In this document: positions 57,701 to 64,000 of the stretch, piece after piece
Layout: every line of letters begins with the position of its first letter
Position numbering within the stretch: the stretch's first letter is position 1
Source of the DNA: Amoebophrya sp. A120
Taxonomy: Eukaryota > Protista > Dinoflagellata
Assembly (NCBI GenBank): GCA_905178155.1
Contig: CAJINV010000002.1
Location: forward strand, 12,037,621 to 12,101,620
Direction: 5' to 3'
DNA length: 64,000 nt
Made by a program: the position numbers and the translations under genes
Notes under the pieces: model-generated
Seen by the model: the letters and a program-made list of their open reading frames with translations, nothing else
What the model was told of the DNA's origin: nothing
Databases searched by the model: none

Positions 57701-57906
57701 GACACCGGTGCGTGCTCCGGAAAAAAAATGGTGTTCGTGTGGGATTCGCGTGGATTGGACAGTCGCTCGATGGGATCTTCGCCCCGCCCACCTTGAAGGA
57801 GCCTCGTCTGTGCGATACTGTGTTCGTCGGAGTGCGAGTAGCTCGAAGAGTCCGAGTATCCACTCCCCACGGACCCGCTTCGTGACATCAGAAATCGGTG
57901 CGACAT
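54733..57906 (-). CDS. Membrane-associated alpha/beta-hydrolase-fold protein (esterase/acyltransferase-like)
   Basis: PLVFLHGLGFG, VHFIGHSFGS (GxSxG), LLDPVCFLL, candidate Asp in CGLDGLIP and His in MGHAEW. Hydrophobic segments in the N-half. Confidence 0.87.
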   Translation of the reverse strand: MSHRFLMSRSGSVGSGYSDSSSYSHSDEHSIAQTRLLQGGRGEDPIERLSNPRESHTNTIFFPEHAPVSDRSAAAHVTFNEGMRGAEIEVQPRGTDEKKPRRKARSGHTDEQDLPRARPSSADEKDENALSYNSRRSFISRLLRQHDEAHAEHEAIFCTTGRWNVFMTWLVKLGLIYPVHAIPYACLWFWLRRVLRRSLRLAAQLVQLESSLQGGAEASSSKSLRLYYHRTEIELMRRFLLPYFLQMYAFPTGNETETATGPRTANSAHAANKASSMSSSSGATATFGSLAVDCLVNGALFLFRIPGASIGAGYEAPPTKNVVSRWLAFLLKTYAFVEVVFFLYQKYRIHRLNNAPVNPPRVPNIVAYADLTRSLETITNIVRKHLTRAHDLEHLRDRSPPSGGPSAALSPHINRAITTNARDSSSLHRGRSVENFIRLDRNAKTSLVREDEPPLSVGVGASVACDGTSEAERERTLRESFFCGWFRHTDWQARTAKNQGEEPLVQLRELQKKNVEDFLCAAFMNDSAANVKREQRLGRKMLKLHQRSDTKEIQFQRPVSFADDIATNAAELDRDHVPSQRSTERALQHRQARHIYLDKMLRHLQKWLGGHKFPAGRNANILCIRPMLDPLNASPRPALFYVLTQQILPLIADIFLRRHGFRELKAGSLTYYCRKTSTNAARALSSAPQASEPPPVPLVFLHGLGFGLFEYLPFFAELVQNFPDRDIFLPTLPFISMQLEEKVSSASETVACLIDMLAAHYDEYYNIAGAGSRSQREKSPTSSTTPGVPVISPTVHPSERTITAGAVDGDTSGTSSSSSTTTSSHNKVRSSTQQQKGVTGVHFIGHSFGSFVVSWVLKRQPSVIKYMTLLDPVCFLLQMPDTAYNTTYRIPPHWAALLLRAFIVSEPHIANCLARNSWMNQVQLHKEELSETPTLVVLCGLDGLIPAHSVRLYLEDEDATDLARLRPKLSSATSSRAREDHSGAAQDEAGTSTTNAEEPVKPSLLKVLWFANMGHAEWVGFGDPFTRKTTALQARQQIFRHIKELECENNPPRQTRH

Positions 57907-58510
57907 GATCTTTTGCCAGGTCTTCAGGCTGACGGTGGACGAACGTCAGGATCCTCATACATGGTATCAATCGGCTTCTTTGTCTAGGTGATTTTGGTGC
58001 TCGTTGAGTTGCCTCATCGCGCACTTACATTTTTCGTCCACGAAGTTGGTTTTTCACTCAACAAAAATGCGGGGAGCAACTTCCCTTGGTGGTGATCGGA
58101 ATACCTCTCCTCCAGATTTCTTTATTCTTTTTCCAAACAAACAAACAAAAGCGTTTTTTTTGTTGTTCTTTTTTTTTTTAAACATCATCACAGTAGAGGT
58201 GAGAAGGAACAGAATGCACTTTTACCAGGGCAGCTCCAGGGCATAGCTTGGGCACACCACCTGCGTCTTTGTTCATTTTGTTTCTCTTTCTGTGTCTATC
58301 TCGAATAAGAGAGAACGTGGGTTTTTTGTTGTCGGAGCTGCAGGTCGACGAGGTGTTTCCGACCAGTTCTTCGCCCTGCTTAATCTTAATCATGCACGAA
58401 GGTCATTTAGTTTTAGATTTTCATTTTTCTGGACTATCATACATCAAATTGGACTTGCAGTTTCATTATACTCACGTCGCTGAAAATTTAGTGTTCATTT
58501 TCATGACTTT

Positions 58511-60412
58511 TCACCTTTGTGGTGCGGCATCTTCGGAAAAACTCAAATCTCGTTGATGCGCGGCCTGGATCAGCGTCAGTGTAGCCACCTGCGACTCCGG
58601 ATGCTGGTACAACAGCAATGGCTGCATTTCGCGCAAGTTTTCAAGGAGGTCTGCTCTTCCGGTGTCGCTTATTTGCTCAAGTCGAGAGACTACTCGCTCC
58701 GGATGCACAAGAAATTCGGCCTCGGGGATAACTACGGCCCAAGATGTAACATTTTTGGTCGATGGAAACAGCTGGGCGGTTGTGCCAGCCACGCGGTTGT
58801 CCTCGGAAAACGGTACACCGACATGAGGCAAAGAGTCATCGATGAGCACGGGAATACACGAAGACGCGATCGCGTGAAAGAGTGCGTGCGTGCTCGGAGT
58901 GTCTCCGCGGATAACGAGGCAAAACTTTGCGTCCTTCCAGCCACGGAGCCACTCCTCTCGAGTCGTATCGAAGCCGATATTGCAGTTTGGCCACAACTTT
59001 GGGTTCTTGGTCGGTAAGTGGCGAAGCGAAGTTGCACCGAAGGCTGTACTATCAAGCGCTGGAAAGGCAATTGAATCGGATGCATGTCGTCACCCTTCCC
59101 CAAATAAAATAAAGTATTTACAAAAAGCAGAACCCCAGCAGAAAAAGACTTGCGCTTCTTGACTAGGTGACGAACAGCATCATGGACGCTTCTCAACTAG
59201 ATGAGCAACATACATAAGTAGAAACGATAACGAGCCCATCAAAAAAAGTAGAAAGCAGAAAAACAAAAAATAATGACAACATAGATTCTAAATGAGGTTG
59301 AGGCTGAAAGAGAAAGGGTGTGCGGCAACAACAAGCTCCGCGGACTAATGGCCTTGCAATTGATAGGACGGTGGTTTTCTCGTGCGGTAGAAGATCAGGT
59401 GTGGGCGATTTTTCCAAGCTAGCGTGAACTCCGCGGGCACAATTTCCAGACCGGGGTGCACCTCAAGAGGAGTCACGACGCTGCGCTTTGTCGATTCCCA
59501 TGGTACGGAGAACAAAGCCTGCGGGTGCCGCCACCAGGCTTCGGGGTCTCTTTCAAAAGAGTTTTCCCAGGAGGACATGTGTATTACTTCTTCGCGCGTC
59601 AGAATGGTCTCACTCAATGCTGGCCAAGCATCTTTTGGTATGTACTCATCACGTACGTTGGTCAACCGGGAAAAGTACCACGGGTTCGCAAACAAGAGGT
59701 GGTCGCGTCCCCGCCTTTTGCGAAACCAGGGACTATGCGTGAAGAGCCAGTCGAGCGCTGTGCGCGTGCGTCGATCGTGTCCGCGTTTCTTGTCCACCCC
59801 ATCCTTTCTGTCGCATTCTCGCGACTGCGAAAATTGTGTCGGGACGACAAAGATCTCAGCGTCCTCCGGTGATGTAGTACGCCACCGATGTTTTCGCAAG
59901 GCCTGCAAAAGCGAGACATCCGCGCCTTGGCGATCGCCGTCGCAGACTCGCGTCCAATTGTTCATTGTCAATTCGCGATTATCGTACACAAAAAAAGGAA
60001 CACGGACCCCGTGAGATTCTATCTGCTGCAAAAGGTGGTGCAAAGGCGTGACCAAAGTTTCATCGGCACTCCGACCGCCCATGTCGGAAAAGTCATCGCT
60101 TCGAACGGCGTGTAAAGGCTGGTCGCGATGCGGATCGTCGTCGTAGTGCGCCGCGCCGTTGCCTTTCTTGGGAGCTGATGGCGATGAAGCCGGCCGCTCG
60201 GAAGCGTCGTAGTCAACGTCAACTGCTTCCTGTTCCCGTCGTACAAGTTTTTCTGCATGTTTCGTCTGCTGATGCTGCTGGGAAAGCGCAGTAACTGACA
60301 CCGCGCCATCGTCATCGTGGAGGCGTAAAAGAAGAGAAACAAGCACCAGGCAGCAACATGGGCGACTCCGGCTCGCCAATGTTCCCGGAACAGCAGGCGC
60401 GGGAGGCGACAT
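58511..60412 (-). CDS. Exostosin-family glycosyltransferase (GT47); 2 exons
   Basis: RTTSPEDAEIFVVP, WFRKRRGRDHLLF, AKFCLVIRGDTPSTHALFHAIASSCIPVLIDD...VPFS. An in-frame GT-AG intron at 59049-59369 gives RKPPTAFGATSLR. Hydrophobic N-terminal segment. Confidence 0.87.
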
Positions 60413-61085
60413 TTCTTCAACAATTGCTTACATAGTGATGCTTGACTGAAAGGTCATTGGCACCACGACCGTGTCACACGCGAAATCCACTATCTTCACC
60501 CCGACAATTTCTTCTAGTGTGACAGTCATGTAGCTATGTTCCTTTTGCATTTGCATCTTTTCCCGAAACCGTGGCACAAGAGGCCGAGCCGCGGTCAAGA
60601 AAATGAAAACTTCATTTCTCGCCCCTTGTCCAGTGGTTTCCCCTCGCTGTCTCACGGAGTCGCAGGCAGCTTGTTGATTTTTCATTCTCATCTCGTTTCA
60701 CTCTGATTATCAGCACGGTGGGGCTAAGGAGCGGTGACCTTTTTATTTCATGTGTCTCGATAATGTACTCATGTGAGTTCTATCCTTATTGTGCGAGGGA
60801 AGTAACCATCTCGGGGAATTGCCTGCTCTCCCCTCGACCGATGGATGCTTGCCCCAAGCGGACCACAGTTACTCATAATTTCTTTTTGGAACAAAAATAT
60901 TAATTCCTGTAAAGAGTCGTGATTCACGCCTGGAGTTCAAGTTCTGTATTAATTTGTAGAATAAGGAGCTGCTGCTCCTGTTGCAGTTCGTGCTTCTTTG
61001 TGACTTCATATCCTCGATAATCATTCAAGTCTTTAGGTGTGGCTTCCGCCTTCGCCATACTACGCATGGATTTTTCCTCAGCTTA

Positions 61086-62766
61086 TCAGATCATATCCTC
61101 TGTCGCTTGGAAGGTTTTCACAGCTCTCCGAAGCGTATCCGCGTACTGGCACTCGTTTTCAAAGATGTTCTCGGCGGCATGAAGAAGCCACCTTGCTTCC
61201 GACGTGGACAGCATCTGCGGATTGCGTGCCACGCAAATCTCAGCAACCAGTTGGGAGACCAACTGGAACTGCTTCGCGACGGCGTGCTCGCGAGCTTCCA
61301 TCCAAAGCGCGAACTCGGCATCCGTATAACCTGCAGCATCCTCCAACGGTCCTTGTGGGCCGGGGGAAGACAAGTGCTCCTGATTGTTTTTCAGGTGGGA
61401 AAGTTTAGCTTTCGATGGCATCAGCGACGCGATGATGTTTGCGATGGACGCATGCTATTGTTTGCGCAATCGCAGTGCCGAACAATATCAATACATAGAA
61501 TAGAAATAAACGATTACGACGAGTGGCGACGACAATGTGTCTGAAGACGTCATGAGTCGGACCGAATTCGAATACTAAATCTACGTCAAGCCAGATACAA
61601 AAAAAGATCTGTATCACTTCAAAATTTTTCGCGGCCTTGACATGCGCATCGAAGACGCGGGGATGGAAGAGAGTGCTCATTTTGAGTCCCATGAAGCACT
61701 GCAGAACACTGGCAACTCGGCCCGTTAGCATGCGCGCTACAACGGTTCTCCCAACCAGCTGGTACTCCAGCGCGCCCGGCGGTTCGGGAAGAGCCGTCCC
61801 ACTGTCCGGCGCACCACTGCTCGTTGCCCGCAACACTTCGGCTCGATTCTCCTGGCAGTAGCCTTTCATGTAGATGGCCGCGCGTGCGAGTTTCAGTGTG
61901 GTATCGACGCGCACAAACTCCTGCTGGCACAGCGGCGCCCACAACGTGGGCTGCAGCAGGAGATCACTTTTTGTGGCTCCAGCGTCTGCGTTCACGAGGC
62001 TTTCCAGCTGTTGCGCGAAGTGCTCCCCTTTCTGTCCGATCGCGATGGCGTTTTCGCGTTCTTCCCGCGATGAGCTGTACAGCAAAAAAGCCCGCTGTGC
62101 ACACTGGTTCGCGACGAAAGGGAGTCCCTGTGGCGTCTGCAGCGCTTCTTGCGTCGCCAGCTCCAAGTCCCCGCGCAGAATCGCCAGCTGGTATGGGGAA
62201 GCAGTTTGTGATGCGGAGCTGCTTTTATTTGCAGCATTCGCAGCACTTGAGGCCGTTGCTGGGGCTGATCCGTCGTCGACCTCGACGTCGGCACTGTCCT
62301 CCTGCTCGGTCGACGTTCTAGCGCTATTGGAAGATGAAGGACTGTCTTGTGACGGCGCCGGGGTTGTATCACCTCGATTGATATCCGCTGCGTCAGTACC
62401 ATCATCTCTTCGCGGGCCAGTTGCGTAGATTGGCACCGGTTGCACTGCCGCGCTTGTCGAATAAAACGCCCTGCGCATCCAGTGCGAAAGCAGTGCGTTA
62501 CTCGAAGACGAGTTGCTTGAAGCCCCGTGTTGAGCGTTTCGAGTGTAAAACTGCGCTGCTCGTCTGTTCGCACTCCTGTCGTCGTTTTCGAGCAAACGTC
62601 GAGTCGAGTAGGAAAGTGGCACTTGTAGTGCATGATTGTATCTCCGGGACGGCACTGAGACTGACACTGTAGTTCCTGGGGGATTATTTCGCAAGAGCTG
62701 CACACAACTTGATGTCGCAGTTCTGGATGCGTGCCCTGCGGGCGGAACCAACGTGATGGACCGCAT
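61086..62766 (-). CDS. Hypothetical protein, possibly with a mitochondrial-type presequence; at least 2 exons
   Basis: ORFs 61405..62766 and 61086..61421 join in frame through GT-AG intron 61455-61617. The N-terminus is Arg/Ser-rich (RRAFYSTS). Confidence 0.6.
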
Positions 62767-63460
62767 TATTTTTCCATAGCATATGATATTTTAATTTCTG
62801 GAAGTTGGTTATGCTGTTCGCTTTCCACTGTGCGTCTACTTGTTGTTACGAGGTCCTCTCCACGACGCACGGTCAAGGACAAGGTCAACGTATTTGCTTT
62901 GTGTGATAGATTGATGACGACGAGCCGTTTGAGGCGTTTTCTTCTTTCATCAACAGCATCAAGCGCAGGCTTCGTCGATCTCCAGATGCAGATTGATTGT
63001 GATCGACGCCCTTGCTAAAATATCTGTATGAACGTAGCAGCTCACAAAAAAAGCATACACCTCGGTTGTCACGGTTCCAAGCTCGTGTCTTATCGAACAA
63101 AACCAAAAGAGTAGCGGCAGTAGATCCGGTTCCAATTCTAGTTTGCAAATCGTACTCTACTACAACAAGAGCACGTGTTGGATTGGCTTTGGTGAAGCTA
63201 CCTGTTCACCTTAATGAATCAAATACGGAGCAGCAGACGCTTATCTTGTGAGTGGGTGGACAAAAAACGCGCACCGGTGCGGCGAATCACTTTCCAGCTT
63301 CTTGCGTTGTTATTTGTTTTTCTGCTCGTAGTGCTATCCAACAGATGTCGCATTTCTATAAAAACACATACAAGTTAGTTGTAGAAGTTCCATCGACACA
63401 TCGAACCGGCAATCTATTGCACTTGCACGTTCGAAAGCAGTACCACAACATTTGTTCATA

Positions 63461-63988
63461 TCAAAACATGGAAGCGGAGGGGTCTTCTTCCACGATGCGC
63501 ATGGTATCCAGGGGTAAAAATGCGTCACTACCCGCCGGCTCTTGTTCCTCCAGCCCGTTGCAAAGGGCCTTGGGATTCTCCGCGAGGTACCGCGTCTGCA
63601 CCAGGATTTCGTTGGCTTCTTGCTGGATCTCCGCCGTTCGCTTGAGCACGTCCTGCAGAAGCAGGATGGCCTTCTTGCTGTGCCGCATACCCGCCGAGGC
63701 GTGAGTAACGGCCAAGCCGATGCGCTCCTGGCTCCCCATGAAGTCTTCGTTGGCGAAGATCCTTACCAAATTCCCGGGCGACGTCAGGGCAGCTCCGTCG
63801 GCGGCCGCGGAGTCCAGCGTCGCGATCAATTTCGGCAACAGGAAGGAGTACCAGAACACCTGAAACTTGTCCTTCGTCTTCTGCAGCCCCGTGCCCACCA
63901 CGTACGCGCCGGCCTTTGCCGGTTTCAAGACTCGCCTGAGCACTTGCCGCATGATTGTGATCACTTTGAAAACCTTGCCGATCGCCAT
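63461..63988 (-). CDS. Hypothetical protein, probably one exon or a partial gene at the window edge
   Basis: 175-aa ORF with GC3-biased codons and globular-looking composition. No family recognised. Confidence 0.55.
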   Translation of the reverse strand: MAIGKVFKVITIMRQVLRRVLKPAKAGAYVVGTGLQKTKDKFQVFWYSFLLPKLIATLDSAAADGAALTSPGNLVRIFANEDFMGSQERIGLAVTHASAGMRHSKKAILLLQDVLKRTAEIQQEANEILVQTRYLAENPKALCNGLEEQEPAGSDAFLPLDTMRIVEEDPSASMF

Positions 63989-64000
63989 GCCGGCGAACCG

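Overview
Eukaryotic, gene-dense DNA with short GT-AG introns and long low-complexity proteins. The style (unidirectional gene blocks, GGTCCCGGCGCTCC satellite) resembles parasitic dinoflagellates such as Amoebophrya; this is inference only. All credible host genes from 239 to 26231 are on the + strand and all from 30926 to the window end are on the - strand. The convergent switch between them holds a 5'-truncated non-LTR retrotransposon (RT-RNase H, candidate 7-bp TSD), AT-rich decayed DNA and a perfect 44-bp palindrome. The main result is a co-oriented glycan-modification cluster at 35.9-60.4 kb. It contains a class I methyltransferase, a nucleotide-sugar-transporter/LicD fusion, a GT25-like/LicD fusion, two apparently identical GT25-like/GT31 (B3GALNT2-like) fusions, an alpha/beta-hydrolase and a GT47 exostosin. 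A GT8 gene lies across the switch region. The rearrangements that built the chimeras (C-terminal domain swap, in-frame deletion, unequal crossover, probable gene conversion) can still be read in the sequence. Also present are a 194-bp higher-order satellite, a BMT5-like rRNA methyltransferase, a CUE-OTU deubiquitinase and several unknown proteins. All domain calls come from motif recognition by eye; no searches were run.
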